Part shown: piece by piece, positions 45,331 to 57,700 of the stretch
Numbering within the stretch: position 1 is the first letter of the stretch
How the letters are laid out: the number at the start of each line of letters is the position of its first letter
Assembly (NCBI RefSeq): GCF_009914755.1
Contig: NC_060937.1
DNA from: the human T2T-CHM13v2.0 reference genome, Homo sapiens
Length of the DNA: 64,000 bases
Strand: one strand, 5' to 3'
Position numbers and translations under genes: made by a program
The notes under the pieces: generated by a model
Seen by the model: only the letters and a program-made list of their open reading frames with translations
Told to the model about the DNA's origin: nothing
Database searches by the model: none

Positions 45331-47013
45331 AAATATAATCTGACAAACCAGGTATCAAGGGTATCTACTAATTTCTGCTGAACAGGTGCTGTAGCATGAA
45401 ATTAATATAGAGGTCCAGAGTGATTAGAATGATGAGACAATCATGGTTTAGTTTATGATAGTGTGTAGAAGGGTTGGCCTTGCCCTGAGCTAATATGGCA
45501 AAAGTATACTGCTATGCCTTTCAGGTGAAAGTAGATTGTTTCTAGTACCCTATTTATTAGCATAATTGTATATTTTTTTCCAGAAATATAACTGGTGCAT
45601 AGCCAGGACAGAGCAGATGTTTTTTGCTTTAGAAAAGAGATTGCACCTGGAACAAGAGACGTAATTTAAATCACCACCTGATTGGTTTACAATAGTTTCC
45701 TATTATTCTCCTAGACCCCTTCATCTCCTGAGTGAAGGAATAAATGTCTTATTTGGGAAGAAAATAGATATTCCTGAAGCATTTATGTTTTTGGATGTTG
45801 GCTACAATTTACCTTGGGGTTCAGTATTGCTTAAATTTAACTTTCTAGTTACAAGTGCAATTCCAAACTCTTATGTTTGGCTCTTCCTACCATAATAGTC
45901 TTCACTCCTTTAGTCAGAAGAGTTATTGTAGGAAATCTGCCAGCAGCCAAGTTTGTCTGTTATAGCCAGGCTTTCAGAAACCAAAGACATAATCGTTTTC
46001 TTTGTGTTTGTATTCCACCTTTGACAGGCATGTATCTCACCAGGTGTTTGGATTGTCTGTTGTTGTGTAACAAATCACTCTAAATTGTAGTGGCTTAAAA
46101 GAACAATAATCATTTTATTAGCTCTCATAGTTTCCGCAAGTCAAGTGGAAAGGGCTTGGCTGGACATTTCTGGGTAGGCTTGCAGACAATGGGACCCACT
46201 GTCAGACAGACTTGGGCCCCAACTCCACTTAACCCTTGATCTCTAAATGCCCCCACAGTCATGTTTTATGTCCTCAGAGATTTACATGTTTCAATGCCAG
46301 TGGTCAATAATCCCTACAATTACTTGGCATTTTCCTTTCCCAGTTGTTCTAATCAATGGCTGCAGATGTCTTTAAGAAAGCAAAGAAGGAATCTTGTACA
46401 ATGTATATGTACTTGTTTCAATGACTTACTGTTGTTCTGCAAGGATTTATGAACTGGTTCATGTCACGGAATTGAAACAGTGACAATGACTCTCAATCAA
46501 GTGACTCAACTCATAGCTTCATTTCTAGATCTAGATGTGCTTGTTTGTTTGGGGTTGTATAGATTAAGCAAGACTTTAAAGCCTATCCATTTACTAGAGT
46601 CCTAGGGAAGCTCATGCTCAATTAAGCACCAACAAAGATTTCTATGGGTCAGACTTGTGATTATACTCTAGCCTACTAATTATTTCAGCAACAGATCACT
46701 TTTTTCTGGTGATTAATTACTGACACTGGAGATTTCATCAAATCCTAAATTGGGGAGCTTCTTTCAAAGCCATAATTTTTCAAAGCCTTCATCATAGGCT
46801 TACCAAAGATAACAGCATTTGCTCCCAAGCACTTTACAAAAATATGCGTACTTTCATAGCGAATATATTTTCCAGTCTTTAGTTAAGGGAGTATCCTTGA
46901 GCCCTATTCTGATTACTTGGTAAAGGTGAAGATAAATGAGTCACACAGCAGAAAATCAATTAAAAAGTCTTATATCCTTATGTCTTTGGATTCCCCCTCT
47001 ACATATATATGAA

Positions 47014-49174
47014 CATATATTTGAGTATCAAGGAGCTATACTAGGAGAAAAGTACCTAGGTAGTACCTTAATAATCTAAGAAATGTTTAATATTTTAACA
47101 CCATTTAGTGTAGACATCATTGAAACAAGCAGAAAACGTAAAAAGGTGGAGTTTTGGCCCATGTCTGTCCCACAGTGGGCTCAGTGTCAACAAACCTATT
47201 TCATCATTATAGTTTCTTATCAAGTGTATTTTATTGTACTGCAAAACGAATTGTATTTCCCAAATTTCCTTGAGGCTAAGGTTTCGTACGTTAATTAAAT
47301 AAATTTGTGCTGACTCGAAGTACCTACGTAAGATTTGAAGGAAAGGAGAATAAATGCCAACCATCAGCTACAACCATTGTAGTAACCATTAAAACCAAGC
47401 AACAAAATAAAATAAGCTGAGGCAAGAGCTTTGAAATAATTTATTATGAAGTATAAAACTAAAATTTCCAAAATTTTTAAGTCACACAGACAAAAAGTAT
47501 GAGCTTTTCTGCAGTGTTAATAGGAAAAGTGAAATATCCTTTGTAAGTTATCTTCCTCTATGTTTTATAACATACATCTTAGTGTTTTACAAATAATTTG
47601 TAAAATAAATGTGAAGAGAAAGGATATTTGTTTTAAAAAATTTATTGATGAAATATTTAATCAAAATCAAATGTGAAGACTACTGATCTAGGAGACAAAG
47701 AAATAGGCCAACAATAATTATGTGGGGGGCATTATAGTTTAAAAAGCAATAGAAATTTAGATATATATGTCTATATATATGTTAAGTAGAAAACACAGAG
47801 GTACACACACATATGTATATACATACACATACATATTTCTGTGAGCACTGTCATTATCAGACTATTCAATGCCAGTGGCCCAACATTGAAGCCTTTATCA
47901 GATATGAACATATTTCTAAAGTCATTTATTTCTATTCATCAGGTCAATGATTTTTGGCTGCCACTACTATGACAAGGATATTAAGTTATGAAAACGTTTA
48001 TCAATGTTCTCCTTCAAAAGAAATTTGAATGATGCAGGTAATAGACATGATGAATTGTCGGCCAAAAGGGCCAGGTGAAGCTCATCAGAAACAGTTGAAA
48101 TTCTGCATGAAATTTTCAGCCAGATTTCCAAATATGTAAGACCTTCTCATTGACCAAGCAGCTTAATCTCAAAGGCTAATGCTTCTTATTCTCAACTACA
48201 TCATATGATCTTGTGATAGATATAACAACAGCAGTCCTGAAGATGATTTCTGTAAAAATAATTCTGGAAAGGACTTTAAAATTCAGAACTTTTATATTAA
48301 ATTAATTTCATCAATGAATATTAGACAAGGCCAGATAGCTTTTCTAAGAAATATAAATTGCCTAATAGTAATGCATTGAGATAGTGCATATTATACAAAA
48401 ATGTAATACCATGTATGGTACTTTCCAATAGCCTTCTTATTTTCATGAAAATGAGATCTAAATTGCTGAACAGAAAGAACAGATCAATTTTTGCCTGAGC
48501 TATATTTTTAAGAGTCAAAATTTAATGGAGATACTTTACCCTAAATCCTCTATTACTAAAAAAAATTTTACATTCTTTTCTAGGCATTTTCATCACACTC
48601 TGACAGCAGAGATGATGAATCTTAGAACATAAAATCATTAGCCAAAATGACCTCCCGTAGAGATGCTCAAATAATAATAGAAAAGGGATATTGAGTGATT
48701 AGAAATTATCTAAAAGATTTTCACAGATGACTCTCTATTTTCTTCAGCATTCTTTAAAATGCAATAAAAAACAGAAATAAAGGGAAGAGCTGCCTCTGTT
48801 ATCTAAACTATGTCATATACAGTAGAAATTTAGACCAGTGAAAGCCTACATACGTGGTAAAGGTGTCTCCTTAGAGATACTTCACCATATGGAAACCTCA
48901 GGAAACAAGATGCTCAAGACATTCACTGTTCAGAAGCCAATAACCACTTCCATGCATCTGAACATCGCTTACTCTGAGATATACTACTTTGAGCTGATGT
49001 GAAAATTTGCAAACCGTATATTTCAGTGAAGTCTGCCAGCCTCTAGCATAGTGGTATTTTTATTACTCCAATAAACATTGTTGCTTTTACTCTACAATAT
49101 GAATTATATAAGTAGCATATATATGAGTATCAAGGAGCTATACTAGGAGAAAAGTACCGAGATAGTACCTTAAT
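47014..49174 (+). repeat. Dispersed 59-bp direct repeat pair (47014-47072 and 49116-49174)
   Basis: catatat(t/a)tgagtatcaaggagctatactaggagaaaagtacc(t/g)ag(g/a)tagtaccttaat, 56/59 identical. Confidence 0.95.
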
Positions 49175-49319
49175 TTTAGTACTATAATTCATAATAAATA
49201 TTGAATTGCGCTTCTTGTCAGTGATAATATGTTTCTAATCATAGAAGGTGAGGGATTCTATTTCTCCTGTATTTTCCATGAATGATAATGATATCAGAGC
49301 AATAATAACCCTACACTCT

Positions 49320-49555
49320 TTATTCAGTTTTTACTATATGGTACCAGATTTTTAAAGTTGTTTTGTGCATTATCTCATTAATTTTCAGAACAACCCTAGG
49401 AGGTTGGTATTATTTCAGAGCTCTATTACAGATAAGGAAATGAAGGCTAAAGAAAGGTTAAGCAAATTGCTCAAAGTTAAATGGCTGTGTCCGATCTGCA
49501 CTTCGAGCTACGTGATCCCAAAGCCCATGCTCTTAACCACTAGGTTATTATATTG
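49320..49555. mobile_element. MIR fragment
   Basis: ttacagataaggaaatgaaggctaaagaaaggttaag...ctcttaaccacta. Confidence 0.7.
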
Positions 49556-51348
49556 CTCTTCCTTGAAGTAAAATGTTATGTCTGATACCAAGGCAAGAAA
49601 AGCTTTTTATAGAGCCTGTTTTTCACCTATGACTCATTTTTTCTGCCATACAATTTTAATAAGGACATGAAGGGTCCTGGGGTGAGCACTTTCCAGACCT
49701 CTCAGGCTGTTCTTGATGGGCGCTTGCAGAGATCATGACTCATTCTTCCACTGTCATCCTGCAAGTGGGCTGTGTGTGACACAGCAACCCAGAATCCAGA
49801 CTCTTTCTCCACAGCTCATGCCAATCTGCGACTGAAGAAATTCGGGGATGGTTTGGACAGTGGGATTGAGGAAAATAAATAAAATCTATAGAGCACTTTT
49901 TCTGTTAGGTAAAAGTAGACAGAATCATGGCATATAATAAATTATTTATAAATTTACATAATAAAATATTTATTATGCAAATCCAATCATAAAATTCTGC
50001 ATCATCAAAAATAAGGTGATATTTACAAAGAAATTCTTCTTAAAATACACTTGGAACATCTACCTATAAATATTATGTATTAAACAAATATTTCTAGTAT
50101 TTTTTAAGAGACGACATATTATTTGTTTACCAATTTCAGAAAGACATTATTTAATGAATAAGAATCCTCTACATTTACTAAATCAAACCCAAAATGATTT
50201 TTATTACCAGTTTACAATGTTTATATATTTAACCATGAAGAGGTTATGACAGAGAATGGTTTAAGTTGCATTTTCCTCAGTGATTTAGAAGGAATTCAGG
50301 TAGCAGTGCCTATAAAAAGTATGGGTTCATTTTCTTAGTTTTCAGTATAATATATGCAAATAAAATAAAAGCAATCAGTACACTAAAATTGCCGCTAAAT
50401 AGAAGTAGTTAAGTTGAAAAGAAATTTAATTTTTTAAATCAGATAATGCCATTTCTCTGGCAAATTATACTGATTAAAGATAAACACTTTGTTTATAGCT
50501 TTGTTGAATTTATCAATGACGTGTGCAATAATTTTTCACAAAAAATTTTTATTGCATTTTTCTCTTTTTAAAACTTCTTGTAAGTAGCAAATTAGTATGT
50601 TTGATGTTATTATATAATAGTAACACTGTTATGTTTGATGTTGTAATAGTAACACTGAACTTTTCAGAATTCTGAATAAGATGAGTTTGGACTTTTCCTT
50701 TAAGGAAGTCATCAGTGTAATATAGAAAAATCTCATACATGTGAGTTTATTCTTCCTTTTCACTATAGCATAATCCTGGAAAATACTTCAAGATGGCAAT
50801 TCTGGCTAACATCTCAGCACTATACAGGTATATGACTGGCTATATGCCATAAAAGGAAAGGTTCAATTAAACTTTCACAGCTCCAAATATATATGTCTTC
50901 AGGAAAAGTCACAGTAGGCCTTACCAAATTCAGTGTCATTTAAAGTTATTCGATAAAGAATATGGTAAAAATTTAGATATATGAAAAATTATACATAACG
51001 GGCAAAAATACAAGTAGTCCAATGGGCAAATTCTTGGCTACTGGAATGCAAGGTAGGTTGTAGCCACAAAAAATAAGCTATTGTTTGATACTCCTCTCAC
51101 TCAGTTCATCTTATCATGTGCATTTTCACTGTATCAGTTCATATTGTATTGATACCATTTTTATTATTTTATCTCTTTACTGGTCTAGTTGTCACTAAAA
51201 AAGAAAGCAATTGATAGCAAGGATGTAGGTGCTGTTTTTAGCATAAGAAAATTATTTGGAACAGAAAATTTTAAAAATTAGAAGCATGAAAGTACTTTTA
51301 ATCTATACAAAATTCAAATGGAAAACCAATTTATTGATTTTCCATTAT

Positions 51349-51447
51349 TTCCAGGTGTAATAATAATTTCTAGGGTGTAATAAAGTATTTCAAATTCTAG
51401 GGTGTAATGATAATAATTTCTAGGGTGTAATAAAGTATTTCAAATTC
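51349..51447. repeat. Higher-order mini tandem repeat
   Basis: ggtgtaat at 51354, 51374, 51401 and 51424, forming two ~47-50-bp units. Confidence 0.9.
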
Positions 51448-52863
51448 ATGTCATAAGCTAATGTAGTACAAGCAGTTGATGTCCAACAAATGATGATTGT
51501 CAATGGATGAATGATATGAGCATATTTCTGGGAAGCATTTTTCAAAATAAGGACTGACCCAACATTTCTTCCCACTATAGTTTTCTCTCTCTTCAATTTC
51601 TTTAAACTTACAAATGCAGCTTATCTACATTATCAATAATGTCACTACAAATAAGACCTCTTTTAAGTCTCTTTTAAGTTTCTTTTTTTTTTTTGTCCAT
51701 CACTGCCAAAATGATTATTTCATTTTAGCTACCCTGCCAGAGAAATTTGAGCAGATTATTTATTTTCTGCAAAAAGTGCTCCACCTCATCATCCAATTTG
51801 AGTTCTCCCAGTTAGTCCACTGGCAGTAGTACACTTTTTTCTATAATGCAAAACAAAGAGGACAGATTTTTTGACCGCGAAAAATAAAATCTATTCTACA
51901 TTAACAATAGCATATGATATATGCCAGAAATATGGCAAAAAGACACCCATGACTCTCTTGGTATCCCTCACAGTTCTTAACATTTTGTTGAAGTACTGTG
52001 TTGTAAAGGTCCTTGAATGTGGACTCTGTGAATTAGGTTAAGTTTCTAAATATTTTTGAGTCTTGGTTTCCACACCAGATGAGAGGTATATTAAATCAAA
52101 TATGATAAATAATCCACAGGGTTAATAATATATGTGTAAAAACATTAACAAATTATAAAATTATTAAAGTGATGGTGAAAGTACTATTATTAATGATGAT
52201 GATTGTGTGACTAACTACTGCAGCAAAAACAAACTTGTATCTAATCCTATCTGTGGACTGCTAAGGGGCCATGTGGTACATGTTTTGAAGAACACAAAGT
52301 TCTATTACAGACTTAAGTTGGAACAAAGAAAATCACCCCCTGATAATTACAAAAAGACAATATCATGTAGTTTTAATATAGTTTTATACTCTTGTGAGTA
52401 TACAGACACCCTACTAGCTTGAAATTCAATTCAATGACTATTTTTGTTTGTTTGTTTTTCCCTTTTTTACCACCCTATCTGTGACGGGCACTGTGCACAT
52501 AAGTCAGACACTCAGAGGCCAGTTTTTCCCACTGTCCATATTCTGACCCAAAGTGCTCACAATTTTCTACTTTGTCCTTTGGATGAAGTGCCAGAAAAAT
52601 GATGAAAGACAAGAGAACACTAAAAACAAAACAAAACAAAACAAAAAATTAACATGGAAAAAATTGGAGGTATGAAAGGCAGTTTAATAAAAAACCAAAG
52701 CCTGTATTTTGATAAGATTTAAGTAAGTAATGAAGTTTCTCTCCACAGAGAAATAAAAAACTGAACAAAACCTGAGGGAGTTCTGTTATATGCAAACTTG
52801 CTGAAACTCACAATCTGTATATTGCTTGGAATGGTTTTTGACTATTAAAAACTCCTTCCACAG

Positions 52864-53318
52864 TGTGTGTTTCCTAAGGCTGCCATAACAAATCAAATTG
52901 AGTTGCTTAAAACAACAAAATTGTATTATTTCTGGGTTCTGGAAGCTCAAAGTCATAATCAAGGTATTGTCAAGCCATGCTCCCACTGAGGGCTCTATGG
53001 AAGAATGCTTCCTTGCCTCTTTTGGGTAGCTCCTGGAAACTGCTGACATTGCTTGGCATATAAATGCATCACTCCAATCTCTGACTTAGTCTTCCCATGG
53101 CCTTCTTTCTTTATGTCTCCCCTGTGTCTCTGTATCCAAATAGCCCTCTTCTTTCTCTTATAGAAACACCAGCTATTAAACTTAGGGGCCACACTAATCC
53201 AGTATGACCCTAACTTGATTATACCTGCAAAGACGCTATTTCCACATCAGGTCACATTCACTGGTGCCAGGCACTAGGACTTGAAGATATCTTTTGGGGC
53301 AGATAACTTAACCCACTA
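52864..53318 (-). mobile_element. MLT1B/C-like LTR
   Basis: tttcctaaggctgccataacaaat...taatccagtatgacc...caggtcacattcac. Confidence 0.85.
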
Positions 53319-53463
53319 TCCAAGTAAAAGAAGGATTCTACTCAAGCCTAAATTACATAACAGGGGACAAAGATCAATAGCACAATATGGATTTAAAAGG
53401 AGTGATTAAAGAATTAAATTAGATCTATATGTGTTACCTGAAAACTGCCTACATAATACAATC

Positions 53464-54751
53464 TGTAAAATAGGAGGGGGAAAAACTGTTTTCATATACT
53501 ATTCTCTCAACACAGAACACTTCTTTTTTTATTTCAATTTGTTTGGGGTACAAGTGGTTTTGGTTACATGGATAAGTTCTTTACTGGTGATTTCTGAGAT
53601 TTTAGTCAACCCATCAGCCAAGCAGCATACACTGCACCCAATATGCAGTCTTTTATCCCTCACTCCCTCCTAACCATCCACCCCACCCCGAGTTCCCAGA
53701 GTACATTAGATCATTCTTACGCCTTTGCATCCTCATAGCTTAGCCCCCAACCCACACTTATAAGTGAGAACATATGCTATTTGATATTTGGTTTTCCATT
53801 ACTGAGTTACTTCACTTAGAATAATGGCCTCCAGCTCCATTCAAGTTGCTGCAAAAGACATTATTATTTCGTGCCTTTTTGTGGCTGAGTAGTATTCCAT
53901 AAAAAACACAGAGCACTGCTGTGACCACATGTGTGGGTTTTTTTCTCCTCTCACACCAACCAATTCTCCAACACCAGCAGAGCATCCTAAATCCCGACAC
54001 TAACTAGAATTAGTGCAGGCCCCACCAGGTTAAGGGCTCAGTCCCACAAGACTGCCCCCTACTTCAGATGTCAATTGCAAATCCCAGATTGTTCTACCTA
54101 TGCTTCCAACCCACCAGCTATAAACCAGAGGTTCCCACAACACTCGTCTTGGGTTCAATTATTTGCTAAAATGTCTCAGGACTCAGGAAAACACTTTACT
54201 TATATTTACTTGTTTATTATAAAAGGACACAAATGAACAGCCAGATAGAAGAGATGCATAGGGCCAGGGATGTGGCAAGTTCCACAGCTTTCATGCCCTC
54301 TTAGGGTGCACCGCCTCCCCATATCCTCCACTTGTTCACCAACCTGAAAGCTATCTGAACCCTGTAGTTCAGGGATCTTTATGAAGGCTTCATCATATAG
54401 GCCTGAGCAATTATTAACTAAATTGTCAGTCCCTCTTCCCTTCCTGGAGGACCAGGGAAGGGGGCTGAAGGTTCAAAGCTTCTCATCATGGTGTGTTCTT
54501 TCTAGTGATCAGTCCCCATCCAGGAGCCCACCAAGAATTGCCACATTCATAAAAAGACATTTCTATCACCCAGGAAATTCCAAGGGATTAGGATCTGTAT
54601 CAGGAACCATGGTCAAAGATCAAATATAAGGGAGAAAAAAGTGCTTAGCATCCTTATAGCTCAGAAAATTACAAAGGTTTTAGAAGCTCTGTGCCAGAAA
54701 CCAGGGGCAGAGACCAAATATACATTTCTTTTTATATCACAATATCTCACA
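53464..54751. mobile_element. MER21A/B-type LTR interrupted by L1PB
   Basis: ggttaagggctcagtcccacaagactgccccctacttcagatg...caggaaattccaagg...ggggcagagaccaaatatacatttc. Confidence 0.8.
53525..53900 (-). mobile_element. 5'-truncated L1PB-like 3' end
   Basis: ggttacatggataagttcttt..tggtgatttctgagatttt motif; 16-bp TSD aacacaga(a/g)cact(t/g)ct at 53509-53524 and 53905-53920. Confidence 0.85.
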
Positions 54752-54759
54752 GTCTTTTA

Positions 54760-55420
54760 GAAAAATACTACATATTGGTCATCTTTATAGCCACATAAAA
54801 TAAAGGTTAAGAGAAAACATTAAATGTGAACCAAATAATAGTTGAAATAAAGAATACAATAGATGGGTTAAGTAGTCATATAAATCCTGTGAAAATAAGA
54901 ATATATTATTCAGAAAGACAATACTATCTCAGAAATCACGAGAAAAGACTAAGCTGATGTAAAATATTAAAAAAAGCTAAAATATATGGAAGATTGAAAC
55001 AGAAGGCCAACATCCAAAAGATAGAAGGCTTTAAAGGATGGGGAAATGAAAACAAAGAGGAGGAAATATTTGAAGAAACAATGAAAATAAATTTCTAGAA
55101 TTAAAAGAAGATAAAAAACCTCAGGCTGAAAGGGTTTATATAGTTCCAGTATGAAAAAACAGCACACAAACAGATTATGGTGAAGTTTAAGAATATCGAA
55201 GACAGGCCCTGGCCTGTTGTGGGGTTGGGGGAGGGGGGAGTGATAGCATTAGGAGATATACACCAACATGGCATATGTATACATATGTAACAAACCTGCA
55301 CGTTGTGCACATGTACCCTAGAACTTAAGTATAATAAAAATATGTTTTAAAAAAAAGAATATCAAAGACAAAGAGAAAATTAAAAAACCTTCCAGAGAGA
55401 AAGAAAGGATTGATAAGGAT
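54760..55420 (+). mobile_element. Ancient L1M ORF1 fragment
   Basis: aggaaatatttgaagaaacaatgaaaataaatttctagaa and aaagacaaagagaaaatt...ttccagagagaaa resemble degraded ORF1. Confidence 0.6.
55205..55354 (+). mobile_element. 150-bp L1PA 3' tip with a 34-bp internal deletion
   Basis: L1PA G-rich 3'UTR and tail; 16-bp TSD aagaatatc(g/a)aagaca at 55189-55204 and 55355-55370. Confidence 0.93.
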
Positions 55421-55439
55421 GATGGACATAAAACCTCCA

Positions 55440-57700
55440 TTTCTGAATTAGATTTTCTCTGTTTTAGCTACTAGGAATTTAACCAAAAAAATAAAAGATC
55501 CATAAATGCTGAAGCATCTGGTAAGCTTACAGCAGAGTCTACTGATGGAACATAATTTCAATTCTTTTTTGTAAACCTCGAAATGTGTAATTATTTAGTG
55601 CAAGTATTTTTACACATTCATTTTTCTCCATTCAAAGAACCTTTCTTTGGCAAATATTTTATAAGACAAAACTTGATTCTTTTGAATGTTTCATCAGACA
55701 GAAATGCTGAAAATTATAATCATTCTTAATTTAATTCCATTGTGGTCAATAATAGAAATTCATTCCATTAAAAGTAGTGATACTGACAAAAATTCTTCCC
55801 AGAAGTCAATAAACTCAAATAGCCATTGTTGGTTTTGCAAATTAAAACTTTAACCTTTCAATCTCTCAGTTTTTAATTTGTGCAGCTCTTCCTCTGCTCC
55901 TATAGTAATAAATTTTAGTGTCCTCTCATTCGTGATATATTTTTAACAATTGCAATTGACTTTGAAAGACAAAGTTTTGTAGTAGTTGATACATTGAATA
56001 ATTTGATGAAAGATTTCCAAGTAATTTTAAACGATAGACAACCAAAATTTACTGAACTTGTTTACCAAAAAAAAGTTCACTTTTTTTGTGGGACACTAAG
56101 ATTGTAAGAATTTTACAAAGTAGCTCTTCAAATCCAGCGTTTCTAAAATCAAACTAGTGTTGGGCCATAAAAAAAAAAAAAACATGTACTGTCACGATGA
56201 AGTATTTCTCTTTCAAAATTCAACATTAGCTTCTTCACAAATATGAGGTAATTCATTTACTCAACCCATAAATATAAGACATATTTGTAAACCTCAACAA
56301 CTCTTGATTTCTACTTCAATCACTAGAGAATCAAAGATGTTCAGATTGATATCTGTGAGTTGCAGGTATCAGTGTACTGTGTGCATTACAGCCAGTTCCA
56401 AATATGATTCAGCTTGATAGAACTAGGCAGAACTTTTTTACCATGATACTATACTCCACTAAAATTTATATTAGAATAATTTTATCTTAAATATTGGATT
56501 TTCAAAGTAAGTTTAAAAATAAAAATAAAAATAAAACAGGAGTGGTGGCCTCACTCCTATGATCCCAACACTTTGGGAGGCCAAGGCAGGGGGATCACTT
56601 GAGCCCAGGAGTTTGAGACCAGCCTGAGCCACATTGCAAGACCTTGTCTCTACAAAAAAAAAGTTTAAGAAGTAGCTGAGTGTGTCGGCATGCACCTGTA
56701 GTCCCAGCTGCTTGGAAAGCTAAGGCAGGAGGATCACTTTGGCCCAAGAATTCTAGGCTGCAGTGAGTTATAATTATACCACTGTACTCCAGCTGGGGTG
56801 AGAGAGTGAGGCCCTGTTTCAAAGTAAATAAAAAATAAACAAAATTAAAGTAAGTTTACAATAAAATTTGCAGTAATGGCAGGCGTATTGTCTCTGAATG
56901 AGCACTCAAAGCTGTATTTGGATTTCATAAATTGGTTGAAAATATTAAGCTATTATTAGAAGTAATTTGACTGATTTTCTGTTAGAATCACCCTGAAAAC
57001 ACTAATAAAAAACTGGCATTCTTCAATTGTTTGCCAAGTTGTTCTTTCAATGATAGGGCCAACTTACTAACAGCTGTCTTTCACTTTTCATACATTTGCA
57101 GGAAACCACAGAATCTAAAATGTGTAGAATAAATTTATAGGAACAATCGTTTGATCTAAATGAAAGTTATGTAATGAAAATTTAACACACTTCCTGCTAC
57201 TGCTCCTGTTAAATTGCATCCATGGGCATTTTTTAATAGTTAGCAATTTTTGAAGTATATGTTCTTGCTTCTTTAGCAACTTCGTATCTTCTGTTTTTCA
57301 TGTGATTAGTGATAACATGTTGGCACCGACAATGGATGGTAAAGATTTCATAACGAATCTGTGCAAGTTGCACATTTATTATCAACTTTCTTGGGAAATA
57401 GAAAATCAGTCCTTAATTTTAACTAAATGTGTACTTTCAATATTTTTAGCTCTTTGTTGTCAAAAGGGCTTTAGTGAAAAATCATTACCAAATAATAAGA
57501 AGCAATAATAGGATTACACCTTAAAATTATTGACAAAACCACTAAGCAAGTGTTTTCAGATGGCTGATGATACACTTGACTGCAGAACTTCTCAACCTCT
57601 ATTTCCCAGACATATTTTATGGACATCTAAATTATAATTTTCCTTGTTTCCAGTTGATTTCCACTGACTCTACCAACTCATAGTCTGCTGGCTTCCGTGC
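55440..57700. mobile_element. Possible ancient DNA-transposon (hAT-type) internal fossil
   Basis: AT-rich sequence that looks like degraded transposase; no intact ORF, weak recognition only. Confidence 0.25.
56537..56846 (+). mobile_element. AluJ
   Basis: Diverged dimer; TSD aaagtaagttta at 56504-56515 and 56847-56858. Confidence 0.9.

Noticed and set aside
51349-51447. Repeat-spacer-like pattern resembling a CRISPR array
   Set aside because: The spacers are themselves duplicated, the context is primate DNA, and there are no cas genes.
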